From Candidatus Latescibacterota bacterium (lineage in GTDB: Bacteria; Krumholzibacteriota; Krumholzibacteriia; WVZY01), in the NCBI GenBank assembly GCA_963791045.1, contig CAWBQK010000017.1:224001-288000 (forward strand): a stretch of 64,000 nt of DNA, read 5' to 3'. A program made the translations under genes and the position numbers. Within the stretch, counting starts at the first letter, position 1. Every line of letters begins with the position of its first letter. The notes below the pieces were generated by a model. That model was not told the DNA's origin, did not search any database, and saw nothing but the letters and a program-made list of their open reading frames with translations. Of the stretch, positions 28,174 through 37,795 are shown in pieces.

Positions 28174-29254
28174 TTGAGAATTCGGGTGCTGTGTATTGCG
28201 GCGGTTCTTTTTATGACGGCCTGCGCGATATCGGAGCCACCACCGGGCGGACCGGAAGACCGGACGGCGCCCACCGTTTTGTCTTCCTCCCCGGAAAACG
28301 GAACGGCGGGTGTTGCCGCGGACGCCGAGGTTAAAGTCGAGTTCAGCGAGGGGATGACAAGGGCGCGGTTTGAAAGGTTTTTTGAATTGTCACCCAGCGT
28401 TAGTCGTTCGGAAAGTGAAGTGGAAAGGTGACACCGCCGTCCTGGTTTTCAGTGAAAGTCTACACCCGGACACAACCTATATTGTCAAATTGAAATCAGG
28501 ATACAGCGACAGGCATGGCGTCCGCGGAGAGCGTCCGTTTGAGTTCGCGTTCGCGACGTCGGCCACCATCGATACAGGCGTCGTCGCCGGGACCGTTCTT
28601 TTCAGACGGGAGCCGTCGCCGAAGGGGGTCATAAAGGTTTTTGTCCTGCCGAAGGATTCGACGTTCGCGGTCGAAGCATCGCGCCCGGACAGACAAACCG
28701 GGACGGCGGAGGATGGCGTGTTCGAAGCGGGCTATCTCCCAGCCAGAAATGTCCCGATGCTGGTGTGGGCGTTTCATGATGAGGACGGAAATGGAGTGTA
28801 CGACCCCGAGAAGGAAGCGGGCGCCGGCATTCCGGATACTCTTTTCCTGACAGACGCGCGACCGCGGATTGACGGACTTGTTATCGATATCGTCGACCCA
28901 CGCGAACCCGGCGTGATCTCGGGGCGCGTTTTTAACGAAACGGAGTTCGATTCGATACTGTTCACGGTTGCCCTGCACGAAGTCACCGATTCGCTTCCCC
29001 CGACCTATTTGAAATTGTCAAACTTCAAGGGCGATTTCAGTTTTGACAACGTTCTCAAAGGCTCCTACACGCTGCACGCGTTTATCGATTTCAAGAGGGA
29101 TAGTCTGTGCGGTGAGTATCCCTGCCGTGATGATTCTACGAGGATGTGCGTCGAACCGTGCGTTGTTTATTCGGACACACTTGTGATCGAACCGGGAGGC
29201 AAGATCGAGAACATAGACGTCACACTCGAGCCCGTTGAGAGAAGAGAGGAATAA
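28174..29254 (+). CDS. Ig-like (Big_5) domain lipoprotein; one frameshift near 28400
   Basis: Lipobox MTAC + AISEPPPGGPEDRTAP in ORF 28174..28431; continues in another frame as VVRKVKWKGDT...LHPDTTYIV (28370..29254). Confidence 0.8.
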
Positions 29255-29258
29255 GGGA

Positions 29259-30098
29259 ATGAGGATACCCTTTACAAAAATGAACGGCGCGGGAAACGAT
29301 TTTGTCATGATCGACAACAGGGATGCATCTCTGACGCTCCTGGCGGTTGAAATACGCGGTTTGTGCGATCGAAAACGAGGGGTCGGCGCCGACGGAGTTA
29401 TCATGGTTGAGAACGACGACACCGCGGACTTCAGGATGAGGTATTACAATGCGGACGGAGGCGAGGCCGAGATGTGCGGGAACGGTGCGCGTTGTGTGGC
29501 ACTGTTCGCGTCGACGCTTGGGCTGGGTTTGCGAAACGCTGGAGAGACCGTCGTATCGTTTGTCACGCAGCCGGGAGTGATGAAGGCGTCGGTCCGTGAC
29601 AACCGGGTTACGGTCGCCATGACCGATGCGGTGGGATTCGAAAAGGATGTTGTTCTCGATACAAACGCCGGCCGGGAGACGGTCCACATTGTTAACACGG
29701 GCGTGCCTCACGCCGTATCGATCGTCGAGGATTGGGCGACGCTCACGGACGAAGCAGTATTGGAGAGAGGCCACGCGATCCGCCGGCATGACAAATTTTC
29801 TCCCGCCGGAATAAACGCGAATTTTATCCATCTTCGGGAAGACGGGGTCGTTGAGATCCGAACCTACGAGCGTGGTGTCGAATCCGAGACGCTTGCGTGC
29901 GGGACGGGGTCAGTGGCCGCCGCGGTAGTTGCGGAAAAACTCGACCTTGCGAAAACGCCAATTCGGCTTTTTACCCATGGCGGGGACGTGCTCGAGGTTT
30001 CGTTCTCTCCGTCGCCGTCCGGGGCTTTCGGTGTGACCCTTGGGGGTCCGGCGGCCGTCAATTTTGAAGGTAATTTGGACATTCCAGAAAAGGGGTAA
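29259..30098 (+). CDS. dapF: Diaminopimelate epimerase
   Basis: FTKMNGAGNDF, EMCGNGARC, NTGVPH, ERGVESETLACGTG. Confidence 0.96.
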   Translation: MRIPFTKMNGAGNDFVMIDNRDASLTLLAVEIRGLCDRKRGVGADGVIMVENDDTADFRMRYYNADGGEAEMCGNGARCVALFASTLGLGLRNAGETVVSFVTQPGVMKASVRDNRVTVAMTDAVGFEKDVVLDTNAGRETVHIVNTGVPHAVSIVEDWATLTDEAVLERGHAIRRHDKFSPAGINANFIHLREDGVVEIRTYERGVESETLACGTGSVAAAVVAEKLDLAKTPIRLFTHGGDVLEVSFSPSPSGAFGVTLGGPAAVNFEGNLDIPEKG

Positions 30099-30102
30099 CA
30101 CG

Positions 30103-30984
30103 ATGGAATTCCGAGGGGCGTACACGGCGCTCGTGACGCCGTTTCGTGATGGAGCGGTCGACATCGACGCGTTTCGGGGGCTGCTCGAAGCGCAGAAGGC
30201 CGCCGGGATCGCCGGCGTGGTTCCATGCGGTTGTACCGGGGAAGCGGCCACCCTGAGTGTGGAGGAACGGAATCTTCTGCTCGAAACGGCGCTGGAGACG
30301 GTGGGGGACGAGTTGAACGTGATCCCGGGAACCGGGTCGAACTCGACGGAGGCATCGATTGCGTTGACTCGCGATGCGGAGAAGGCGGGCGCGCACGCGG
30401 CAATGTTGATTACCCCTTATTACAACAAGCCCTCGCAAGCCGGTTTGATAGACCATTATCGTCGTGTGGCGGACGCGACGTCACTGCCGCTCATTCTTTA
30501 CAACGTACCGAGTAGAACCGGTGTGACGTTGAGTCCCGACACGGTCGCTGTTCTCTTCGCGACGGGTCGGTTTGCCGCGCTCAAAGAAGCCGGAGGCAGC
30601 GTCGACGCGGTGTCCGATATCAGGGCGGCAAGCGATATCACTATTCTATCCGGGGATGACTCGTTGACCGTCCCAATGCTATCACTCGGCGCGCGCGGCG
30701 TAGTTTCGGTGGTTTCGAACCTGTATCCCGGCGTTGTCCGCGAGATGGTTGCCAGCGCTCTCAAGGGAGACTTCGAAACCGCATCGCGGCTCCACTTCAA
30801 ACTTTTGCCTGTTGTCCGCGCGGCGTTTTGCGAGTCAAATCCGTCGCCAATGAAAGCGATGCTCGCGCAGAAGGGCCTAATCGCCAACGAACTCCGTCCG
30901 CCGCTGGCGGCGGTGTGCGAAGCGAGTCTGGAACTCATCCGTGCGACGCTCGAAGACGTCGGCGGAATTGGAGGTGGAAAATAG
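30103..30984 (+). CDS. dapA: 4-hydroxy-tetrahydrodipicolinate synthase
   Basis: TALVTPF, GCTGE, PYYNKP, LYNVPSRT, ALKEA, SGDD. Confidence 0.95.
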   Translation: MEFRGAYTALVTPFRDGAVDIDAFRGLLEAQKAAGIAGVVPCGCTGEAATLSVEERNLLLETALETVGDELNVIPGTGSNSTEASIALTRDAEKAGAHAAMLITPYYNKPSQAGLIDHYRRVADATSLPLILYNVPSRTGVTLSPDTVAVLFATGRFAALKEAGGSVDAVSDIRAASDITILSGDDSLTVPMLSLGARGVVSVVSNLYPGVVREMVASALKGDFETASRLHFKLLPVVRAAFCESNPSPMKAMLAQKGLIANELRPPLAAVCEASLELIRATLEDVGGIGGGK

Positions 30985-31766
30985 TGGACGGCAGACCGGG
31001 TAAAACGCTGTCTCTGGTCCTTAGCGGTTGGCGTGGGCGGATGGAAATCCTGATCCGAGAACTGGCGGAACGGTCGGAGGGGTTCAGGGTTGCGGGAATC
31101 CTCGAGTTGGGGACAGGTGGGGAGAAAACAAAAGAACCGCTGGCAGAGGGCCTCCTGATTGACGATATTTCAAAAGTAGAAGGCGGGGTTGACGTTCTGG
31201 TCGATTTTTCGATCCCGGAGACGCTGCTCGGGGTCGTCGAGCATCTTGGCGGTACGGGGGTCAGACTCGTATCCGGCACGACGGGGTTGGAAGACAAAGA
31301 GTTGAAAGCGCTTAGAGCGTATTCTGAGGAATGTGCCGTATTCTACGATGAAAACATGAGTTACGGAATCTCTGTATTAAAACGGCTCCTGGCGACGGCA
31401 TCGCCGTTGCTTGGCGAGAAAGCTGATGTAGAGATCGTCGAGTACCATCACTCGGGAAAAAAGGACTTTCCCAGCGGTACGACATTCGGTCTTGCACGGG
31501 CCATCGACGCGGAAGCCACCGTGATCCGCGGGCGGCCATCCGGCGGATCCCCACCGTCCACACGCCAGATTCCCTCCCATTCGATCCGGATTGGCGGTAT
31601 CCCGGGACAACACGACGTATATTTCGGAACCCCCGAGGAAGTCGTTTGTATTTCCCACCGCGCCTTATCGAGGGACGTTTTTGCGCGGGGTGCTCTCCGT
31701 GCGGCCGAATATATCGCAGATCGGAAACCGGGTATGTATTCGATGGAGGACCTCACGGGAGTATAG
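30984..31766 (+). CDS. dapB: 4-hydroxy-tetrahydrodipicolinate reductase (divergent)
   Basis: VDFS, VSGTTG, NMSYG, EYHHSGKKDFPSGT, HRALSRDVFARGA; GTG overlaps the dapA stop. Confidence 0.9.
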   Translation: MDGRPGKTLSLVLSGWRGRMEILIRELAERSEGFRVAGILELGTGGEKTKEPLAEGLLIDDISKVEGGVDVLVDFSIPETLLGVVEHLGGTGVRLVSGTTGLEDKELKALRAYSEECAVFYDENMSYGISVLKRLLATASPLLGEKADVEIVEYHHSGKKDFPSGTTFGLARAIDAEATVIRGRPSGGSPPSTRQIPSHSIRIGGIPGQHDVYFGTPEEVVCISHRALSRDVFARGALRAAEYIADRKPGMYSMEDLTGV

Positions 31767-31767
31767 C

Positions 31768-34584
31768 GTGACATCGAGTCGTTGGATACTCATCCCGATC
31801 GCCGGGATGCTGTTGTTGGGGCTTCTGGTGGGCGGCCCGGCGCACGCGCAGTATCCTTACGGCAAAAACAAGGTCGTGTATTCGGGAAAAAAGTGGAAAG
31901 TCCTTAAGACCGAACACGTCGATATTTACTACTATCCGGACGAACAAAACCTCGTTCTTTTTGCCGCGCCCCTGGTCGAAGAGACTTTTCTCGAGTTTTC
32001 CGATGTTTTTGATTTTGAGTTCAAAGGCCGCCTTCCTCTCGTCTTCTTCAGTTCGCATTACGACTTCCAGCAGACCCATATAGTTCCTTCGCTGATTTCT
32101 GAATACACGGCGGGGTTCACCGATCTTGCCAAGGGGCGAATCGCGATACCTTTTGCAGGGACGTTGTGGGAATTCCGGCACGTGATACGTCATGAGATGG
32201 TTCATGCGTTCATGCTCAAGAAATTGACCGCGGTAATGTCCGAGCACGGCAAGGTCGGGAATATGTACCCGCCTCTGTGGTTCGTGGAGGGTTTGGCGGA
32301 ATACATTGCGAATCCGCAAGGCGACACGCGGAGTCACATGTTTCTCAGGGACGCGATGATCCACAACCGGCTTCCCGATTTGTTGAACATATGGCGGATC
32401 GAGGGAAGTTTCCTGATGTACAAACAGGGCGAAGCGATCGTCAGGTACATAGCGGACAATTTCGGCGATGAAGCGGTCGTGCAGATTCTCGAGAACTGGT
32501 GGCACATAGATAATTTCTCGTTGATTCTCAAGCAGACAATAAATATGGACCTTCTCGAGTTAAATGACGCCTTCTTCAAGTCGATGAAGCGGCGGTACTA
32601 CCCCTCGATTCTCTACAGCCAGTTTGTCCCCGACCTCGGAGATCAGATAACGGAGCGACATACCTTCCACTCGCGCCCGACGGCCGGCCGGACGCCGGAC
32701 GGGGATATCGCCGTTTATGCCACGGGCGCCTACGACGGTGTGATCGCCGTGGTGAAGTTCGACCGTGACAAAAATGGAAAACTGCGGAGAAAGATCCTTA
32801 TCGAAGGAAGCCGTTCGACGGAGTTCGAATCGATACCCGCCTTCAGGAGCAAGCTGGAGGCGCGGGGCGACACGTTAATGTTCATATCGAAGCGGCAAGA
32901 AAAGGACGCCATCTATTTTTGGAATACGGAGCGAAAGCGGATCTTTGGGATGTTTACGTTCGACGGCTTGAGCGTGATTTCTTCGCCCACGCTGTCCCCG
33001 GAGGGGGAGCGGATCGTATTCAGCGCGATAGACGAGACCGGTCAGATGGACCTTTTTCTCTACGATATCCCGGAAGACACGCTGGAGCGCCTGACCGACG
33101 ACACGTTTGCCGAGCAGGATCCCGATTTTCATCCGACGTCGAACCGCGTGATATTCAGCTCGGATAGATGCCGGAGTTCGAGCGGCGCCAACCAGGGTAT
33201 CTACATGGTCGATGTTTTCACCGGACGCATCACGCCGCTTACCTGCGGAGCGGGGAAGGACGCGTATCCCGACTGGGCGCCCGACGGTGGTTCGTTTCTG
33301 TTCTCATCCGATCGCGACGGCGTTTACAACATCTACGAGTACCACATGGACAGCCAGACCATCACAAAGCAAACCGGCGTGTTGGGGGGCGTGACGATGC
33401 CGTCCTTCCTCCCCGATCAATCGGGCTTTGTGGCGAGCGCGTATTACGAAGGCGAATATCACATCTATGATTTCCCGTTGAAATCGGGAAAGGGTCTGAG
33501 CGAGCGGGTTGTGGCCTATGACGAAGATGCCACGGGGCCGAACTGGAGACGCCGCCCGGCGGAAGATTTCACTTACACAACGGAAAACTATAAACAAAAA
33601 CTTGGAATCGATTTTGCGGGGGCGGGTGTCGCAATCGACCCCAACTTCGGGACGATCGGTAACGGCGGTCAGATAGTTCTGACGGACATCCTCGGCAACC
33701 ACCAGTATTACTTCTTTTTCGGCAACTCGTCCGACGGAATGGAGGACTTTTTCAAGCGGCTGAACTTTGGCGGGCAGTATGTCAACCTCACACACAGACT
33801 GCACTACGCGCTGGGTGCATTTCATCTGAACAGTTACGTGCGCGACAACCTGCTTGGGTATCGCGCGGAAAAGCGAGTTGGCGCGTCGATCGGGTTGAGT
33901 TATCCCTTGAGCCTGTTCACGAGGATCGATGCCTCGGTAGTGGGCCGGTATATCGAGAGGGAAACGGCATATTCGCAGATCGGGCTTCAGAAAAGCTGGG
34001 TCGCGACGACATTTATTTCGCATGTCGTCGACAAGACGTTGTGGACGATCGGCGGGCCGCTCAAGGGATGGCGATATTACGTCACGGTGGGACACACGGC
34101 CGACTTCCAGAACCGCGGGTTTGAAAACACCGTTCTCCATTTCGAGGTGCGAAAGTACTTCAAAGTCACCGACCGGATTGTCCTCGCACACCGGTTTCTG
34201 ACGAGAAACACTTATGGGAGCGACTTCGAATTGTTCTATCTTGGGGGCCCGTGGGACCTGAGGGGGTATAATTTCCGCGAGTTTATGGGAAGGTCGACCT
34301 ACCTCATTAACAATGAGTTCCGGTTTCCCCTGATCGACCGTTTTGCCCTTGGACTTCCGTTTGGGACCATCGAAACGCCCCGTTTCCGCGGATCCTTCTT
34401 CTTCGATATGGGTATGACCAGCCGCTGGATCATCAATACCGACTGGCTGGGTTCGTTTGGGGCCGGGGTGGAATTGAACCTCGGATACGCCCCGGTCATA
34501 CGTGTGAACTTTACACGGGCGACGGATTTCAGTACCATATCCGACATTACGAAGTACGAACTTTTTATCGGCTACAACTACTGA
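31768..34584 (+). CDS. Omp85-family outer-membrane protein with N-terminal gluzincin (peptidase MA-like) domain and PD40/TolB propeller
   Basis: Signal peptide ending PAHA; YGKNKV; HEMVH...WFVEGLAEY; PD40 repeats (PTLSPEG, PDFHP, PDWAPDG); barrel motif LGGPWDLRGY; aromatic C-terminus IGYNY. Confidence 0.85.
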   Translation: MTSSRWILIPIAGMLLLGLLVGGPAHAQYPYGKNKVVYSGKKWKVLKTEHVDIYYYPDEQNLVLFAAPLVEETFLEFSDVFDFEFKGRLPLVFFSSHYDFQQTHIVPSLISEYTAGFTDLAKGRIAIPFAGTLWEFRHVIRHEMVHAFMLKKLTAVMSEHGKVGNMYPPLWFVEGLAEYIANPQGDTRSHMFLRDAMIHNRLPDLLNIWRIEGSFLMYKQGEAIVRYIADNFGDEAVVQILENWWHIDNFSLILKQTINMDLLELNDAFFKSMKRRYYPSILYSQFVPDLGDQITERHTFHSRPTAGRTPDGDIAVYATGAYDGVIAVVKFDRDKNGKLRRKILIEGSRSTEFESIPAFRSKLEARGDTLMFISKRQEKDAIYFWNTERKRIFGMFTFDGLSVISSPTLSPEGERIVFSAIDETGQMDLFLYDIPEDTLERLTDDTFAEQDPDFHPTSNRVIFSSDRCRSSSGANQGIYMVDVFTGRITPLTCGAGKDAYPDWAPDGGSFLFSSDRDGVYNIYEYHMDSQTITKQTGVLGGVTMPSFLPDQSGFVASAYYEGEYHIYDFPLKSGKGLSERVVAYDEDATGPNWRRRPAEDFTYTTENYKQKLGIDFAGAGVAIDPNFGTIGNGGQIVLTDILGNHQYYFFFGNSSDGMEDFFKRLNFGGQYVNLTHRLHYALGAFHLNSYVRDNLLGYRAEKRVGASIGLSYPLSLFTRIDASVVGRYIERETAYSQIGLQKSWVATTFISHVVDKTLWTIGGPLKGWRYYVTVGHTADFQNRGFENTVLHFEVRKYFKVTDRIVLAHRFLTRNTYGSDFELFYLGGPWDLRGYNFREFMGRSTYLINNEFRFPLIDRFALGLPFGTIETPRFRGSFFFDMGMTSRWIINTDWLGSFGAGVELNLGYAPVIRVNFTRATDFSTISDITKYELFIGYNY

Positions 34585-34621
34585 TTCCCGATACAAAACC
34601 AGACCAGGAACGGAGACAAAG

Positions 34622-36335
34622 ATGCGGTGGAGCAAACTGTACCTGCCGACGTACAAGGAAAGTCCAAGCGACGCGGAAATACCGAGTCACCAACTGATGG
34701 TACGCGCGGGTCTCATCAAGAAACTCACATCGGGTGTTTACACATTTCTGCCCGTGGGTTTCAGGCGATCTAAGAAAATCGAAAAGATCGTGCGCGAGGA
34801 AATGGATGCGATCGGATGCCAGGAGATCCTGATGCCGATTCTCCATCCGGCGGAAGTTTATGAAGAGACGGGACGATTCGACCACTTCGGCCCCGAGCTG
34901 TTCAAACTCACCGATCGCAAGCAGCGTGTTCGCCCTTGGACCCACGCACGAAGAGGTCGTGACCGATCTCGCCCGTAACGAGATCAGGAGTTACCGGCAG
35001 CTGCCGCAGATTCTCTACCAGATACTGACGAAATTTCGCGATGAGATACGCCCGCGTTTCGGAGTCATGCGTGCGCGGGAATTTATAATGAAAGACGCTT
35101 ATAGTTTTCACGACACACACGAATCGCTTGAGGAAACCTACAAGGAAATGGCGCGGCGTACGGCCGCATTCTCGACAGGTGCGGGTTGGCCAACACGATG
35201 GTTGAGGCGGACGCGGGCGCGATAGGTGGCGACGTCAACCACGAGTTTGTTGTCTTTGCGGACGCGGGCGAAAGCGAGATATTTGCGTGCGAGTGCGGGT
35301 ACACGGCGAATTCGGAGCGGGCCGAGAGCCTGGGTTCGAAAGCCGATAAAGGCGAGGAAGCGCTTCCCCAGCCCCAACTCGTCGAAACACCCGGCCAGAA
35401 AACGGTCGAGGAGGTCAGTGGTTTTCTTGGAGTCACCCCGGCCCACCTCGTCAAAACACTTCTCTTCAAATCCAGGGAGCATGTCGTTGCCGCTCTCGTC
35501 CCCGGCGACAGAACGCTCAACGAAACCAAACTGATGAAACTTCTGGACGATCCATTTATCGAGCCTCTGGACGAGGAAGAAATTAAGAACCTGACCGGCT
35601 CGGACGTGGGGTTTTCGGGTCCGGTTGGACTTCCCGTTGGAACCAGGATTATCGCCGACCCGTTGCTCGAACGCGTATGATGGGATGGTGGTCGGCGCCA
35701 ACAAAACCGACGCGCATCTTCGCGGGGTCAAGATGGGTCGTGATTTCCAGCCGACGGAGACGGCGGATATCACGCTCGTGGAAGCGGGCGACACGTGCAA
35801 AAGGTGCGGGAAGTCGCAGGTGGCCATGCGGCGCGGCGTCGAATTGGGGCACATATTCAAGCTGGACAAGAAGTACAGCAAGAGCATGAAGGCGACTTTC
35901 CTCGACAAAGAGGGAACCGAGTGCGAGTTCATCATGGGGTGCTACGGGTTCGGTGTGTCGCGGGCCGTCGCGGCGGCGGTCGAAGCCCATCATGACGAAC
36001 GCGGAATTGTGTGGCCGAAGGCGATTGCGCCCCTGCACGCGATTATTCTCCCGATCGCCGTGGGCGACGAGGGATTGATGGCGACGGCCAACTCCGTGTA
36101 CGACGAGCTGCGCGCGGCTGGCTGGGACGTTCTTATGGACGATCGCGACCTGCGTCCCGGTGTGAAATTCAAGGATGCCGACCTCGTGGGTATCCCGATA
36201 CGGATTACGCTTGGCGAGCGGAACCTCAAAGAGGGCAAGATCGAAGTGTATTATCGGCAGGAGGATCGGTCCGAACTCGTGGCGCGCGACGAAGTCACGA
36301 AAGTGCTCGAGGAATATTACGGCGACGAGAAATAG
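34622..36335 (+). CDS. proS: Prolyl-tRNA synthetase (bacterial type with INS editing domain), broken by three frameshifts as given
   Basis: Four collinear frame segments: [10 protein letters not shown]...[16 protein letters not shown]...[30 protein letters not shown]...[13 protein letters not shown]...MGCYGFG...DADLVGIP. Confidence 0.92.
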
Positions 36336-36388
36336 AAAAAGAGGCGGCCGGCGTCTTCCAACCGTTGTGTTGAAATCAGCCGGCCGCC
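36336..36388 (-). terminator. Intrinsic terminator between convergent proS and rpsT
   Basis: GGCGGCCGGC (36343-52) / GCCGGCCGCC (36379-88) stem, with an A5 run at 36336-40 giving a U-tract on the minus strand. Confidence 0.65.
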
Positions 36389-36413
36389 ATGAGCCGAATC
36401 AATAACAGCAGAT

Positions 36414-36674
36414 CTAAGCTTTTGCGCCCGTATCCGCTCCGGCCTTTGCCGCACGCGATTTGAGACGAGCCGCCTTGTTCGGATGAACGATTCCGCGCTT
36501 CGCCGCTTTGTCCAGCACCGACTGGATCTGGCGGTTGGCCTCGTCCCGTTTCTCCTCGGGCATCGCTTTGATTGTCTTCAAAGTGGATTTCAGGGTACTC
36601 TTGGCCGCGCGGTTCCTTATCTGCTTCTTGAGATTGGTTTTGACGCGCTTTTTGGCCGATTTATGTTGTGGCAT
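36414..36674 (-). CDS. rpsT: 30S ribosomal protein S20
   Basis: MPQHKSAKKRVK...LDKAAKRGIVHPNKAARLKSR. Confidence 0.97.
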   Translation of the reverse strand: MPQHKSAKKRVKTNLKKQIRNRAAKSTLKSTLKTIKAMPEEKRDEANRQIQSVLDKAAKRGIVHPNKAARLKSRAAKAGADTGAKA

Positions 36675-36716
36675 TTTCTAATCCTCCCAAATAGAATCGG
36701 ATAAATATAGACTGGG

Positions 36717-36745
36717 AAATTAACACGCGATCGACCCCGAGTCAA
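36717..36745 (-). promoter_or_regulatory. Sigma70 promoter of rpsT
   Basis: Minus strand TTGACT-N17-TAATTT with extended -10 TG. Confidence 0.55.
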
Positions 36746-36754
36746 GGGAAAGCT

Positions 36755-37651
36755 GTGGACAATGAACTGGATACGGCGCTGGACGAATTTCTCGACTACC
36801 TGGTGAGCGAGAAAGGCCTTCTCCGAAACACCGTTGAATCCTATTCGAGAGACCTCCGGACCTATCTGGACTCCCTTGAAAAACGAGATATTTCCTCGGC
36901 AGGTAGGATCGACGTTGAAGCACTTGAGCTTCATATGGTCAGACTATCTCGCCGGGGGCTCGCGCCGGCGTCGAGGGCGCGGGCGCTCTCGGCGATTCGC
37001 CATTTCCACAAGTTCTTGATGCGGGAAGGCTCGGCGGAGACGGATGCGTCGAGCGAGATTTCCCGTCCCAAAAAGCCGAAAAGGATACCCAAGGTGCTTA
37101 CCGTGGAGCAGGTCGAGCGCCTTATCGACGCCCCGCAAGACGATGCGCCGGGCATAAGGGACAAGGCGATGCTCGAGCTGGCGTACGCGGCCGGTTTGAG
37201 AGTCTCGGAGCTTTGCAACCTGTTATTCGAGCAAATAGTGGAGGAAGAGCGGGTGCTTGTCGTCCAGGGAAAGGGTAACAAACAGAGGGTTGTCCCGTAC
37301 GGGAAGCACGCTGCGAGGGCGCTCGCCGTGTACCTGTCGACGGCGCGGCCCGAATTGGCGGGAAGCCGGGTTAGTCCGTATGTGTTCCTCAACAAACACG
37401 GAAAGCCGATCTCCCGGGTTGGGTTCTTCAAACGCTTCCGGCAGCACGCCCGAGCGGCCGGAATCCAACGCGAGGTGAGTCCGCACGTTCTTCGCCATTC
37501 GTTCGCCACCCATCTTCTTGAGGGTGGGGCGGACCTGCGTTATGTCCAGGAACTTCTGGGGCACTCCGACATATCGACGACACAGATCTATACGTCGGTG
37601 GACACCCGTCATCTGATAGAAGTCCATCGCGCGTTCCATCCGCGCGGGTAA
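36755..37651 (+). CDS. xerD: Tyrosine recombinase XerD
   Basis: EKGLLRNTVESYSRDL, YAAGLRVSEL, GKGNKQRVVP, SPHVLRHSFATHLL, LGHSDISTTQIYT, FHPR; upstream of scpAB. Confidence 0.92.
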   Translation: MDNELDTALDEFLDYLVSEKGLLRNTVESYSRDLRTYLDSLEKRDISSAGRIDVEALELHMVRLSRRGLAPASRARALSAIRHFHKFLMREGSAETDASSEISRPKKPKRIPKVLTVEQVERLIDAPQDDAPGIRDKAMLELAYAAGLRVSELCNLLFEQIVEEERVLVVQGKGNKQRVVPYGKHAARALAVYLSTARPELAGSRVSPYVFLNKHGKPISRVGFFKRFRQHARAAGIQREVSPHVLRHSFATHLLEGGADLRYVQELLGHSDISTTQIYTSVDTRHLIEVHRAFHPRG

Positions 37652-37728
37652 GAGGCGCGGGGCCGGGGGAAGCGGATGGATAAACCCCGCCATTTGGCGA
37701 GGGGAGGGGCTTCGCGGGCCGAGACTCC

Positions 37729-37758
37729 TTGACACCCGGCAAAGAGACCGAATAGAAT
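37729..37758 (+). promoter_or_regulatory. Sigma70 promoter of the scpAB operon
   Basis: TTGACA-N18-TAGAAT. Confidence 0.55.
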
Positions 37759-37795
37759 CGGGCGGATTTTCGCAAGAGAAAGGGACAAATCAAAC

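Noticed and set aside
34920-35680. Programmed ribosomal frameshifting or selenocysteine recoding in proS
   Set aside because: No slippery heptamers or stimulatory structures are evident, three events in different directions are implausible, and the protein resumes in another frame before the TGA.
25201-37651. Two tyrosine recombinases as integrases of a mobile element
   Set aside because: Motifs and contexts (trmFO-xerC-hslVU; xerD-scpAB) are those of housekeeping XerC and XerD, and the intervening genes are core.
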